Source of the DNA: Podarcis bocagei
Taxonomy: Eukaryota
Assembly (NCBI GenBank): GCA_964188305.1
Contig: OZ076885.1
DNA: 64,000 bases
Direction: 5' to 3' (one strand)
Shown here: piece after piece, positions 23,018 to 35,600 of the stretch
Layout of the letters: every line of letters begins with the position of its first letter
Position numbering within the stretch: position 1 is the stretch's first letter
Program-made: the position numbers and the translations under genes
Notes under the pieces: generated by a model
Databases searched by the model: none
Seen by the model: the letters and a program-made list of their open reading frames with translations, nothing else
Told to the model about the DNA's origin: nothing

Positions 23018-24463
23018 TAAGGGAGAAAACACAAGGGGATAGTGCCCCTCTGCACTGTACATTTAAAGCAGTATCATACCATTTTAAACAAACATGGCTT
23101 CCTCCAAAGATTTATTAGGAGTTTTTAAGGAGACCTACCGTTCCCCTCACAGAGCTACAATTCTCAGAGTGGCTTAACCATCAAGCCCTCTTCATAGGGA
23201 ACTCTGGGAATTAAAGTTCTCAGAGGAGACTAGGTGTCTCCTAACACTTCTCAGCACTCTTAACAAACTACATCTCCCAGGAATCTTTGGGGCAAGCCAT
23301 GAATGTTTAAAGGGGTGTGATATTGCTTGAAATACATAGTGCAGATGGAACTGATGTTTGGTGCCAGCAAAATATAATGCATAGTAATTTTGTTTATTTT
23401 ACCCAGTCTGGAAACTCAGTGCCATGGGTAGGATAATAAGGGGTCCATATTTCCCCCTTAGTATTAGTGGCCTATTTTTAATTATTTAAAGTTCCAAATT
23501 CAGTGTGACACCCCTGATTATGTGGCCACATGATATCCTACTCAGTTTGCTCCAGTGATGTGGTGAATGGCTAGATTGTCCCTAATTTGCCTGGGGGGAA
23601 AAGGTGTAAAACAATATGCTTTGCTTCAATGTGTACATGAAGCAGCATTGATATATGTGCAGTTCAGCTAAAACAGATCTCTACTCCAACTCTAATCCAA
23701 CTCTCCAAGACTAGCTCAAATGAAAAAAGGATTTTGCAACATTGCTGGAAAATGCTCCAGGGAGAGGAAATGCCATTGTTGTAGGACAGCCACTTAAAAC
23801 AACATCTGTATGTCCTCTGCTAGCTGATTTTACACATAGGCACATGGATATTATTCTAAGGAGGTTCCACGTGATTAATCTTAAAGACCGAGTGGGGTAT
23901 GATAGGGGAAGGAAACTGGTTTCCTAGGTATTTAGGGCTTTACGCACCACAAGCAGCATATTGAAACCAACAGGGCTGGTTGTAGTCTTTTTTTGTAGCT
24001 TTGGGTCACAGTTTATAATGGTCATTCAGATTCATAACAAAATACAGGTTAGAAAAACACAAACGTCCTGTAGAGTTGCATCTTGCCTTTACATATTCAA
24101 CAGAGCCTCATTCATGTAGGAATTTAATCTACCAGATTTTTTAAAAGAGAGATCTAAACAGCTGCAAGGGACCCAATTCAGTTTATGACTATGGTGTTCT
24201 ACAAGGGTCTTAAAAATCCGTTTCCCCCATGCTATTTTTCGTACTTAAAATGCTCTCCGGCTGATATCCCACCCCCCATGTTTGTCAAAGGACGCTTGGA
24301 CTTGACCCTGCAATTCTTTAAGTTCTATGATCTATCTACATTTTTCTGGATGTTCAAATATTATGGGCAACGTTCAAATTTCCTAACTCATTTACATAGC
24401 AGAGACAGTACTCTAGATAGGCAATGAATAGCCAGTACAGTATTATTGCCTTGCAGTTAGGGG

Positions 24464-24489
24464 TGTGTGTGTGTGTGTGTGTGTGTGTG
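24464..24489. repeat. (GT)n microsatellite
   Basis: Direct observation. Confidence 0.9.
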
Positions 24490-24584
24490 CATGACTTGTA
24501 TGAGCATTTATGCCTCACCTTTCTATGATAAAATGAGATTTAACCAGCTTGCAAATTAACAGTATAAAACACAGCAAATAATAG

Positions 24585-24850
24585 ACTCATAAAATTGCAG
24601 AGCTGGAAGGCATACAGAGGGTCATCTAATCCACCCGTCTGCATGCAGGAAACCAAACTAACGCATCCATGACAGATGGCCATCCAGCCACTGCTTGAAA
24701 ACCTCCAATCAGGAGCCCATTCCACTGTTAAACAGCTCTTACTGACAGAACGTTCTTCCTGATGTTCAGTCGGAATCTCTTTTTTTGTAACTTGACGCCA
24801 TTGGTTCAGGTCCTACCCTCCAGAGCAGGAGGAAACAAGCTTGACTTTTC
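24585..24850 (-). mobile_element. CR1 LINE 3' end
   Basis: Reverse complement of the CR1 end at 21775-21975 (catccatgacagatggccatccagcc, ttccactgttaaacagctcttactg). Confidence 0.75.
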
Positions 24851-26381
24851 TCTGCCTATTTCTGCTTTAGGTAGCCTTATATGTGTGAGTTTACATGATA
24901 AGTGAAATGTTGATGTTTTATAAATACTATTATCGTCTCACAGCAGGGAGACTGAGCGGTGCTGCATGTACCCTGCAGTTGTTTGGCAATTGCACTAACC
25001 ATTCTGATGCTTACAGAGAAACCTGAAAGTGTGGTCCTTTGAGAGAGACTACTGGCTCCCTTTGTAAATCCATCTGCTCTGAGTTGTGTAACATGCTGGA
25101 TTATTAGCTTCTAATCCTGTTGCATGCTGAAAAACCATGCTGCTTTTTGGACCTTGCCCATTGACTGGGACACTATCCAGATTCCTACATTGACTGATTC
25201 TTTAGAATCTGAAAACTCCCCTTTAATTCATAATGGCACATGGCCTTTTCTTGAGCCTTAAAAAAACAACAACACACACCTCCACCTTGTGCTCTAAGGT
25301 GAGGCTGCATTCGCCCATCTTTGACTGGGATAACAGCCATCAGCCATGATACTTAGTTTTGAAAGATTATTTGTGGGGTAAGCAATAGAAATGTGCACTG
25401 GCTCCCTAGTGGAGGTTACATTTAAGAAAGAAATATAGTAGATAAAGCCTTGGAAAGTCGCAAAAGTTGTGAGATAGTAGAAAAAGTATCTCTCCCCCTC
25501 ACCATTACTTGTGCAATTGGGAGGCTCTCAGGTTACTGTTTCCCCCCCTGTTTTCCTTTGGCTTCTTAAGAAGCTTCAACATCATATATTTTGATCTTAC
25601 CCTGACTAGCACTTCACTGCTAATCAGCTCTCTGATTAGCACTTCTAGTGCAACTGTCCCCAGATATCTGTGTTAATGATCTGTTTTCTGCAGAAGTTAC
25701 GATCTTTGTCATTTCACCCTTTCTCAGCTTGGTAGGCCTCATGTTGATAAAGTGACATTCTGGCTTTTGAAATAAGAGAAATATGCCTATTTCGCTCTAG
25801 CTATTGCTCCTTCCCAAGTCCACCCAGTGATTCTAATAAGTTCAACTGCTCTTCACCCCTCCCCTCCGCTCCATTTCCTATCTGTAGATTGCCTTAGAGA
25901 CTTAGGTAGGAGTGCCCAGGGGTGGTGCAGGCTAGGTTGTGTCACAAGGACTCTGCAAAGGCTTTCCTGACAAAACAGGTTTTGAGGAAAGACCCAAAGA
26001 GAATCAGAAATCACATTTGCAAATCTAGACTATTTTTTAAATGAATGAATGAATTACTATGCTGCTTAATGCCAAAAGAGGCATTACTATACGGTACTCA
26101 ACAGGCATAAGTCACTGAGCAGCTCCTTTGGCACTGTTCTGAGGTCATTTTTATATATGGCAATATCCCCCCCCCCCAATTAAGCATGTTATGGGGAATC
26201 TCTATTTATTATCATATCTGTTTTGCCATTCAATTTGCCCCTTTGCCTAATCATCTCTTTTTTTAATTATTTGAATCTTTTAAATCCCTGCTTGCAGAGA
26301 TATTTGACAACATGCATACCAAGGTAAGTACAAATGTATCCACCTAGCCCATGTTCCTAGACTATCGCTAGCAAAACACTC

Positions 26382-26383
<2 letters not shown>

Positions 26384-26421
<38 letters not shown>
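26384..26421. repeat. (TTA)n microsatellite ~175 bp upstream of the first GAS2 coding exon
   Basis: Direct observation. Confidence 0.9.
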
Positions 26422-26423
<2 letters not shown>

Positions 26424-26615
26424 AAGCAAACTGGTTGTTATCATGTACATCGTTTCATGGAACAAACCTGTTTGTCTGGCATTACACTCATATTGAATCT
26501 GACTCATTGGCAGCTATATATAATACTAAAAATTACAAGTATTCACACAGCATGCTATACTAATACTTTCTTTCTTTTTTACTTCTACAAAATAGGTAGC
26601 ACCAGTGGTTAAAAG

Positions 26616-26757
26616 ATGTGCACCTCCCTCAGCCCAAAGGCCCGAGGCCCTGGCCTCTCCGATATGCACCAGTATAGCCAGTGGCTGGCTAGCAGACATG
26701 AGGCTAACTTGTTGCCGATGAAGGAGGATTTGGCCCTGTGGCTGACAAACCTGCTGG
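26616..26757 (+). CDS. GAS2: GAS2 first coding exon (exon starts ~26596, 20 nt of 5'UTR, ATG at 26616)
   Basis: Translates [48 protein letters not shown], nearly identical to the recalled vertebrate GAS2 N-terminus. Pyrimidine tract plus AG at 26594-26595; donor GTAAGG at 26758; 142 coding nt, phase 1. Confidence 0.97.
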
Positions 26758-27074
26758 GTAAGGTTATTTTTCTATGCTGTGATTATTGCCAGAGCTTTCT
26801 AAGGAGCAACAGTAATTCTGCTTTGAGTTCCTGAAGCGCAGGTGGAAAAATCTGCTCTAGGGTGACTGTTAGCATCCTGGAGTTTATCATTCCCTCCCCT
26901 TGTTCAATAGGGATGCTTAGTGAGACATTTTAAGCGACTTCACAACCCAGAAAGCCACAGCGAAGCAAGCACAGGCTTAACTGTCCTTCAGAAGCCATGA
27001 CATATTTTTTTGTTAGGTACTGCTGTGCATGGAAGGGTGGAATGCAAAGCTTGCTTACCTACTGCCACCATTAT

Positions 27075-28460
27075 TATAATATATATATTTATAACCCACC
27101 TTTCCCCCCAGACAGGGACTCAAGGCAGCTTACAGATAATGATAATCACAGCTAAAAACATTTGAGGGGGAGGGGACGACCTATTCAACCATACATATAA
27201 TTACAATAGAAACAACATGGCACTGTCAGGAGTCCAGGTTCCCAGCTTGATAACACGGTAAGCGTAGGTAATTCAAAAGGAGGATTTATTGCAAAAACAA
27301 ACAGATAGCTCCGGATGGCTCTAAGAAAGTCTCTGGTACCATTACTCAAGGTGAACCCTTCTGAAGACTCCTTCTGGCATCAAGAGAAGATTTTGAACAT
27401 ACAACCCTTATGTCTCTTGTTTTGCTTCCTGTCTAGCAGCCCTCCCATTCACCGACTCTTAGGACTTAGTGGATCAGCTCCAACCTTCAGAGAGGCTGTC
27501 TCTGAGTTGGTTTGTGCCATTTTGTGTCTCCTGTGAGCTTTGGCTGTGTTCTAGCCTGCTCTCAGCTGCTGCCTTATCAGCCTGCCCATCAAGGTCAGGA
27601 AGAGCCGAAGTCTGCAGCTGCCGGCTCTCCCCTGCCTGCCTGACACCTAAGCCTCTCTGTTCCTGGCTGCTTTCTGCCGTTGGCTGCAAACCTTCGCTTG
27701 GAGCTGGCTCATTCCTGACAGGCACCAGCCTTTTCATTAAAAGCAATCAGTTCCCTGCTGGAACAAGAAAGTCATCACCTGCTAGCAGAAGGACAACAAG
27801 GAGGGAGCCAGTCTAGCTTTTCCAGGAAGGGAGTTCCAGAGTCTGGGAGCAGCCACTGAGAAGGCCCTTTCTTGCACCCCTTGTGCCTGCAAGGGTGGCA
27901 GGAGCATGAGAAGGGCTTCCCCTGAAGATCACAAAAGCTAGGCAGGTTCATATGAGGGAATAAGGTCTTTCAGATAGCTTGGACCTAAGCCATACTATAT
28001 GTCACAACTAGCACTTTGAAATTGTGCCCAGAAACAGTCCAGTAGCCAGTGAAATTTTTCTAACAAGGGAGTCGTATGCTCCCTGTAACCAGCACTGGTC
28101 AGCAATCTCTTCAAGCCAGTTGAAGTTTCTGAGCACTTTTCAAAGGCAGCCCCAACTTAGAGTGCATTACAGTAAACAGGGAAGTAACTAAGGTGTGCAT
28201 CACTATGTCCAAATCAGACATCTCATGGAATGGGCAGAGCTGGTACACTAGCTTTAACTGCTTAAATGCTCTCCTGACCACTGCAGAGACCTGGGCAACC
28301 ATGCTCAGGGCTGATTCTGGAAGCACACCCAAACTACAAACCTGTGTCTTCAGGGCGACTGTTACTCCATTCACCACAGGCTGAATCCCCAGGCCCTGCT
28401 CTGCCTTCTGACCGACCAAGGGTACCTCTGTTTGTCTGGATTAAGATTCAGTTTGTTCAC
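27075..28460 (-). mobile_element. L2 LINE 3' portion, interrupted by a solo LTR
   Basis: ORF 28111-28419 (LKTQVCSLGVL...AFKQLKLVYQLCPF...LPLKSAQKLQL) is L2 ORF2 C-terminal sequence; tail at ~27075-27170. Confidence 0.75.
27224..27720 (-). mobile_element. Solo LTR (Gypsy-like)
   Basis: TG...CA with 8-bp inverted ends TGTCAGGA / TCCTGACA; perfect 5-bp TSD GGCAC (27219-27223, 27721-27725); AATAAA on the minus strand at ~27284-27289. Confidence 0.85.
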
Positions 28461-28574
28461 CCACATTAAATGTCCGGTGTATTGCAGTGTCTGCCTCAGA
28501 AATCCTTGGCAGGCTCTTTCAGCGTCTAATTAAGCATGCTAGTGGTTTCCTCCCCATACCTTCCACTCTCTTTC

Positions 28575-28900
28575 GACATGCATAGATCTTCGGCAATCAC
28601 TCGTAGCCAAGTAAGATTGTCTTCCATGAACACGGTCTTAACAGTAAGTACGTAAGTTACTGTGAAGACCAATTCTGGATCCACACATCCTTCCACAGCG
28701 GGGACATAGGTTTCCGGGCAGGAGTTGATCATGGTGAGGGTTTGGCAAGTGTGCCTTCCTCTTACCACATTTCTCCCTTTTGTCCTGAGTTCGCATAGAT
28801 AGCAACATTATGAGACAGAACATACACCAGGCCCTTATGTAATAGCCTTCACAAGTGGGGACCAGCAGCACAATGTCACTGCTGGAAGTTTGGGAAGCAG
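28575..28900 (-). mobile_element. RTE-clade LINE 3' end
   Basis: Encodes ...NLCPRCGRMCGSRIGLHSNLRTYC, the C-terminal CxxC...SRIGLxSHxR motif of RTE ORFs. Confidence 0.75.
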
Positions 28901-30014
28901 CTGTAGCTCGCTGCTTTCCTCCAGGAAAACACACTCTACCACTGAATTGCAGCAAACGTCACTCTGTGGAAAGCCCATTTGATGTTTGCTCTGATTCAGC
29001 AGTAAAGAGCCAGTTTTCCCCAGGGAAAGTCGCAGGACAAGCAGAAGTGTGGACGAGCCCCAAGTTATGTATTTCCAATAATAAACAACTTCGTTATTTT
29101 CTTTCACTACAAGCATCTCTATGTGTGTGATTAAAACAGGTAAAGTCTGCTCTCTAAGAAAAGTTCACATACCATATACTGCTTACTCTAAATATTTAAG
29201 AACAATAGGGCCGAACAGCAGCGCCCTACTTCCAACAGTTACAGCATATCCTCACTCTTGTTCAGGGTTCCAGCCAGCCATTCAAGGAGTGATATTTCAG
29301 ACATTTGCGTGACTTCAGGACAGAGGGCAGAGGGGGAAGAGCCTTCTGTATTGAGTTCCAAGGACCGTTTCCAACCCTTTAAATCAGAGCTGGGGGACTT
29401 CTGCTGCTCTCCAGATGTTGTTGGGACTGCAACTCCCATTAACCCCAGTAAGCATAGTCAGTGGAGAAGGATGGTGGGAGCTGGAGTCCAGGAACATCAG
29501 GGTAGTGGTGTCACAGGTTCCCAAGCTCTGCTTTAAGCTGGAATTCCCAGAGTTGCATTTGCTCCCCTTTTACATGGATACAGAGATCTCTAGTTTTGGG
29601 GATGGTGCCAGAACAAGGATTTCGTGGTTTCAACATAAAACATACAGCTTTAATATTAAATGAGAAAATCCTACAGAGAGGGCTTTGTTTGCATTCCTGA
29701 GCAGGCAGATTTCACATGGACAAAGTCAAACATGAAATCAGCAAGGGAGCATGCATAGCAACTTGAGGCTCTGACATGCCACACCGAATTTTAATTCTTT
29801 ATAAAGCTTCACGGGAGGGCTGGCACTCAGAAAGGGTATCTTTGGGATTCCAGTGCAGGCAACTCTGTTTTAATTTTGAAATAGCATTGTAAGGCATTAT
29901 TAACATGGATAAACTGCCTTTTGGAAGCAAAATATATTTGTGATTCTGGTATGCATATCTAGTCTACAGGCCCATTGAATTCCTTATAGCAATAGTATGT
30001 AGTTCAGTTTGCAC

Positions 30015-30183
30015 CAGTGGCGTAGCATGGGTTGTCAGCACCCGGGGCAAGGCAAGTAATTTGCGCCCCCTAACCCGTGGATTTGCGCCCCCTAACCCGT
30101 GAATTTGCGCCCCCTAACCCCAACCCCCAGATGTTGCGCCCGGTGCGGCTGGCCCCCCCTGCACCCCCCACGCTACGCCACTG
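30015..30183. mobile_element. 169-bp hAT MITE with internal 22-bp tandem repeat
   Basis: TIRs CAGTGGCGTAGC / GCTACGCCACTG; perfect TSD GTTTGCAC (30007-30014, 30184-30191); atttgcgccccctaacccgtg x ~3. Confidence 0.92.
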
Positions 30184-30649
30184 GTTTGCACTGTAATGGG
30201 AATCTACCTGATTTGCACTTCCAAACCGATACATGATTCAAAATGAAGCTATTCTTTGAAATTCAGTTTTCTGGATTTTGTGATGCTGTGCTCCAGAGAA
30301 ATATGCATATACTTTTGTATGTGTATGGGAGAGACAGAGAGAGAACTTGCTCAAAACACAACCCCCCCCCAAACTGTATATGTTAGAAGTGTGCATGAGA
30401 TGGTGTATGATTTTCATGCATTTGTTTTTTTTAAAATGCAAAGTGATGTGATAATGAATGGAACTAAATTTAAAACTGAAAAAAGTAAAAAATGAAGGAA
30501 ACTCAAACAGACAGATTCCTCCATCCCTATGCTTCCTCTTCTAGCTCCACCACCCTCAGCTGCATAAGGCCTTCCAGCATAGGGAGGGGAGGGAGAAAGT
30601 AGGGACATTCCATTCTATCTCAGTATCACTGCTAGTTAGTTGTATTTAT

Positions 30650-30686
30650 TGAGAGTGGCTGGAGAAACCCAGCCAGATGGGTGGGG

Positions 30687-30733
<47 letters not shown>
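30650..30733 (+). mobile_element. Very short L2 3' end with (TTA)n tail
   Basis: gagtggctggagaaacccagccagatggg followed by (tta)n at 30688-30733. Confidence 0.75.
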
Positions 30734-32565
30734 GATTGATTTTCTTTTCCCCTCAGGCTTCCCTAAATGCAGTACATAAGCTCAAATATTTCTGTGTTTA
30801 AAATGCTGCCGTTTTGTGTGTTTCCTCTAATAACTTTGTACCTGACCAGGAAGTAATGATCAAGTGGTAATAATGATGTAGAATAGAATCTCTCTATTTT
30901 CATCTGAGGAATGTTGGAGGGTATGCTGTTTGAAGCTGTATTAAATGACTCTGCAAAAAACAGCAACAACACACGATGCCTTCTGTAATCACCGTTGTAC
31001 TACATAACATATTTTTCATTAGTTACAGATGTTGAATGCAAAAACCCATTCACTTTGTAATAAGTACTTCATCTTGGTTTACAAAATGTAATAATCAAAC
31101 CATAAATGTGTGTCAGACTATAAAATAATCTATGTGGGTTTAGATGGTGTTGGTAGAAGCATCTCTCCCAGCACCAGATTAACTTTTAAAATAAAAAATT
31201 GCTCTATATTTATCAAATCAACCCAAAAGGTAGGACAGACCCATAAATCCTGAGACAATATATTAATTTAGAAGAATGACCATTTCATTCGGGCTGGAAA
31301 GTATAAAAAAAACCAGCCCCAAACTATGCTAAATGGAATGTCATTTGTGACAATTACACTGTACACAAATGTATCAATCTCTATTCAAAGCAGTGAGCAG
31401 ATCCAGATTCTATTAAAATGTTAAATTCCAAGGAAAGAAATATGAAACTGCTCTGATGAAACAGATAGTTTTTGCAAAGTGAAGAATGTCGGGAAAATAG
31501 CTTTCTGTGCTGTTGGCTGGTGTTTGCACACTCACCTGGCAGTCTGAGCAGCTGGCACAGAGGTGACCTTGAAAATACAGATTTCCTTCCTCCCTGCATT
31601 ATTTCTACTATGTACTGCTCAAGTGGGTCCTATGACTATTATCACACCAGTGATATCACACACTCCCTATTCTGGAAATCTGCAGGCTTCATGGCGTATT
31701 GATTATTCAAATACTAGCCATGGGTATGTTGATATTGTAACATGCTGTGCAGCATACAGTATATGAAATCCCACTTCAGAAATGCCATCTGAATCTGAGC
31801 ATATCATTTTCCTATTGTTTCCGATCGAGAGCTGAGCCCGATTATCTCAGAAGCAGGCCCAATGCAATTTGTGACAGCTTGCTGGTTGAAAGCTAATGCC
31901 GTACTGTATATCCTATTTTGTTTTGGTAACAGCAGAGACTGTTATGGTCTCAGTTCCTTTGAGAAAATAAAGTTTTCTGGGAAGAAGATACCAAAAATGA
32001 TTTAAATATTAAACTTGAGGAAATGCAAGCATCACTTATAGAGGATCTCTCCAAAGACAGAGGATACTTTAGAATTACGAATTATCTGCTTTCCATGTAA
32101 TTCTAACTTGCTATTTGCTGTGCAAACAAGTGTGCCTCTCTTCAGTTGTCTTCTTTACTTTTATTCAGCTAGTGAAAAAAGAATAATTTGCAATAATTTA
32201 AATGCCAAGCCTCTTAAATCTATTTTTGATTTGTTGCTTAAACTTTCAATTTGGGGTGCCAAGTTAAGAAAATCTGTGATTTCTGCATTGTTATTGCACT
32301 CGTTTTATTTTTGGATTTAGTTTTTGGGCTGGCTACAACATGAAAACCACAAAATGCACAAGATAACATATCAATTGACAAATTTAACCAATGAAAACAT
32401 AAACTGAAGCCTCTTTTATTTGTTGAAAGTTGAACCCAAGCCACTCAAACCCCAGCTAAAACAGAGTGCTTTTTAAAACTTCCAAAAGTCATTTTTGCTG
32501 AGGTTTTGGTGAGATGCAAAGCACCTCCTAACAAATCATTGTAATCATAACTTGGGACACAGAAT

Positions 32566-32655
32566 CATAGCTGGCAACGTTTTCCCTTTTTAAAGGGAAA
32601 TTCCCTTATTCCGAATAGGATTCCTCGCAAGAAAAGGGAAAAGTTGACAGCTATG
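32566..32655. mobile_element. 90-bp hAT MITE
   Basis: TIRs CATAGCTGGCAAC / GTTGACAGCTATG; perfect TSD CACAGAAT (32558-32565, 32656-32663). Confidence 0.9.
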
Positions 32656-33394
32656 CACAGAATCAGGGCTGGCCCAAACTTTTTACTGTTTGATGTAGAA
32701 CGGCAAACTGATTCTCCCCCATGTGTATTATACCCAAGTCTGTCCAAAATTTGGCACCTTAGACAAATTAAAAAACACAAGTTTTTCTCCCTAGGGATAA
32801 AAATAGTACAATAAAAATAAATGGGGGGAAAAAGCTGTTCTTTCAGGGCACCCAAAATCAGCTGCCTGAGATGGTTGCTGGCCCCTAGTAGTAGGGCCAG
32901 GCTTGCTTATGAGGGAACACATTCTCCTTCTGCTGATAGAGAACAGAATGAAGAACAGCAGCTATACAACACAATGAACACTTTCTGGCTCCTCTGTGGA
33001 GGTACTGGGTAGGGGGCGGGATTCAATTCAGTTCACATTTAAAGGTGAACCTACCTAATTTGCACTTTCCACAGCAATATGTGAACCAAAACACAGCTGA
33101 TCTTTGAAATTGGCACTTCTCTGAATTTTTCAGTGCCATTCTCTAGTCAACTAGTGTGTACAAAAATGCATATACTAGGGTGAAATGTGCATATGAAAAC
33201 ACATACACACACAAAACCACCATACAAAATATTAGGGAGAATTGCTTTGCAAAAATGTGTATCTAAGGCAAAATTGGATATAAAAATGTGTATATTATGG
33301 GAAATTTGCACTAAAATGCTGGTGAATTTTCATGAGGCGCTTTTGTTTTTTTGTTTTTTAAAATCACAAACTGATGTGGAGAACAGAAGTGAAG

Positions 33395-33675
33395 ATAATA
33401 ATAACAATAATAAAATTTTATTTATATCCCACCCTCCCCAGCCGAAGCCAGGCTCAGAGCGGCTAACAACAGTAAAATGATACAACATTCTAAAATCATT
33501 TCATTATAAAATCAATTCAAAACAGATTAATGGACTAGAGTTCTGTGAGGATTGCCAAAGGAGGGGGTCAGGCTGTGCCTTGGCCAAAGGCCTGGTGGAA
33601 CAGCTCTGTTTTGCAGGCCCTGCGGAAAGATGTCAAGTCCCGCAGGGCCCTAGTCTCTTGGACAGAGCGTTCCAC
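33395..33675 (-). mobile_element. L2 3' end (second subfamily), inserted into an AT-rich DNA element (~33010-33720)
   Basis: Reverse strand encodes ETRALRDLTSFRRACKTELFHQAF; gccgctctgagcctggcttcggctggggagggtgg tail with (TTA/TTG)n. Confidence 0.75.
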
Positions 33676-34591
33676 GAGAAAAATGAGAAGCTGAAATGGA
33701 TAGATGTGTTTTCCCATCCCTAGATCTGTACCAACTGTATGTAGGAAACATATCTGGCTATTTCTGGCAAGCTCAGGCCTACCCCACCCAGCTTGGTGTT
33801 TTCTGGGCCCCTGCTGCATAGTCTACTCTGAGAAAGAGTAAGATGGTGCTGCCAATGGGGACTTGGGAGCAAGGGACATAGTATATACATATAAACAAGG
33901 CAATGGAGGAAAGGAGCTGAGCTTGAGTTCACTCAGTGCTCTGCTCTCTTGGTGCAAATATGGCTAGGTGGTTCTGATCTTTAATCAGATGGTAATTCTA
34001 AATTGCAGGATCATATTTAAATGGAACAAAGGCCCTTTTGATAGATGTGTGAGGATTCAAACTGGGGAGGATGCATAGGCTGCATGCAAGCTCTACCTCA
34101 GTGATCCCACCCTTTCTTCCCCAGACTGGTCTACAGGGAGATTCTAAACACATTCAGAATCCCTTATTTGATCAGGAGCTCAATGGTTAGGATTCCCTAA
34201 CAGGGTAAGTGTGGAACTGTATTCACCTGTGCTCAGTCCTCAAAGGTTAGGAGTGGCACATCCATGCTCCCTACCCCATTTGCAAAGAGCACTTACATGT
34301 TCTTTGGAACACCTGAAGGAATCCTGCATATAGGTTCTGTAGGAAAGCTATTGCACATAACTGCTGCCGATATCTGTTACAAAATGGAAATGGATAAAGC
34401 ATTGAAAACTGAAACAAAGAAAACCTTATCCCAAGACTCACCTCAGTTCTGTGCTTTTTGTTCTTGACAGGTAATGAAAGCAAACAAAATACATTAGTCT
34501 GTCTTCTCAGGCACATATGACATTAGTTGGTTTAGTCATTCTGGCAGCCTTCCCCAGAATACATAATAATTCATCAATGGAGCAGTGTGGA

Positions 34592-34593
<2 letters not shown>

Positions 34594-34650
<57 letters not shown>
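34594..34650. repeat. (CT)n microsatellite
   Basis: Direct observation. Confidence 0.95.
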
Positions 34651-34653
<3 letters not shown>

Positions 34654-35475
34654 ACCATTTTCAAGCGAGTAAGTTTTTCTTCTGCAGTAAAATCTTTTAG
34701 AAAGTCTTCTTGAGCAGGTCTAAATGATCATGATGAAACAGACGGACAAGGCAAATGCTATGGCTGTTAGTAACAGCTGCTTTCCACACAATTTGCTGCT
34801 GAAAAATAGTGCCAGGAGCTTGGGCACTATGAAATTCATTCTACTGATGGTCTCATATTGTCCCCGGTTGGCACTCTGCTTCCAGACATGAAAACTAGTT
34901 GTAATTCAGTTAATGGTTTTGCAGTGCTTAGTGCAGACAATGTTCCAGCCAAAGGTTTCCTAGCTGCATCCTGGTTATTTTCCTGCCTTTCTTCTTTTAT
35001 CATTGCAGTTTTTCATTGTTATTTCTTAAGGAACCAATTCCGTGTTTATCCACTCATTAAAATTGATTTCTTTAAAAACTCACCACCACATTGACTTTTT
35101 TCATTTTATCTGCAGACATTGAGAAGTAGAGAGAAGCAGGGTAGTCTTCACCTTACACAACCCCAACTATTTCACAATCCTATAATCACGGCTCACTCAC
35201 ATAGAGAGAAACCATATTTCAAAAAATATTAATACAATAATGTGCCTGCTCCACTTACCTTTTGGGTCCATAATCAGAGGTTTATTCTAAAAACAACCCC
35301 ACTATTTATTTTCAATAACTGGTGACCATGTACTTCGATAATATGACATCAGATTCCTTGTAAAGACGCAACTATAATTTGGCACAAACTAAAATTGCAA
35401 TATAACCATACCTGCTCAGAACATTGGTAATTGTCAAAGCTGATGCTGAATGCTGTTATTTTTATTCCATTTCAG

Positions 35476-35600
35476 GAAAGGAAATAACAGCTGAGACCTT
35501 CATGGAGAAATTGGATAATGGGGCTTTGCTCTGTCGGCTAGCAGAGACTTTACAAGAGAAATTTAAAGAAAACTGCATTGAGGTCAACAAGATTGGAAAG
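35476..35600 (+). CDS. GAS2: GAS2 second coding exon (calponin-homology domain)
   Basis: ttccatttcag acceptor; encodes (G)[41 protein letters not shown]; donor GTAAAT at 35601; 125 nt, phase matches the previous exon (142+125=267). Confidence 0.97.

Noticed and set aside
25561-25650. Short perfect hairpin tgctaatcag-ctct-ctgattagca and palindrome gcttcttaagaagc
   Set aside because: Too short for a miRNA precursor and has no supporting context; probably a local inverted micro-duplication.
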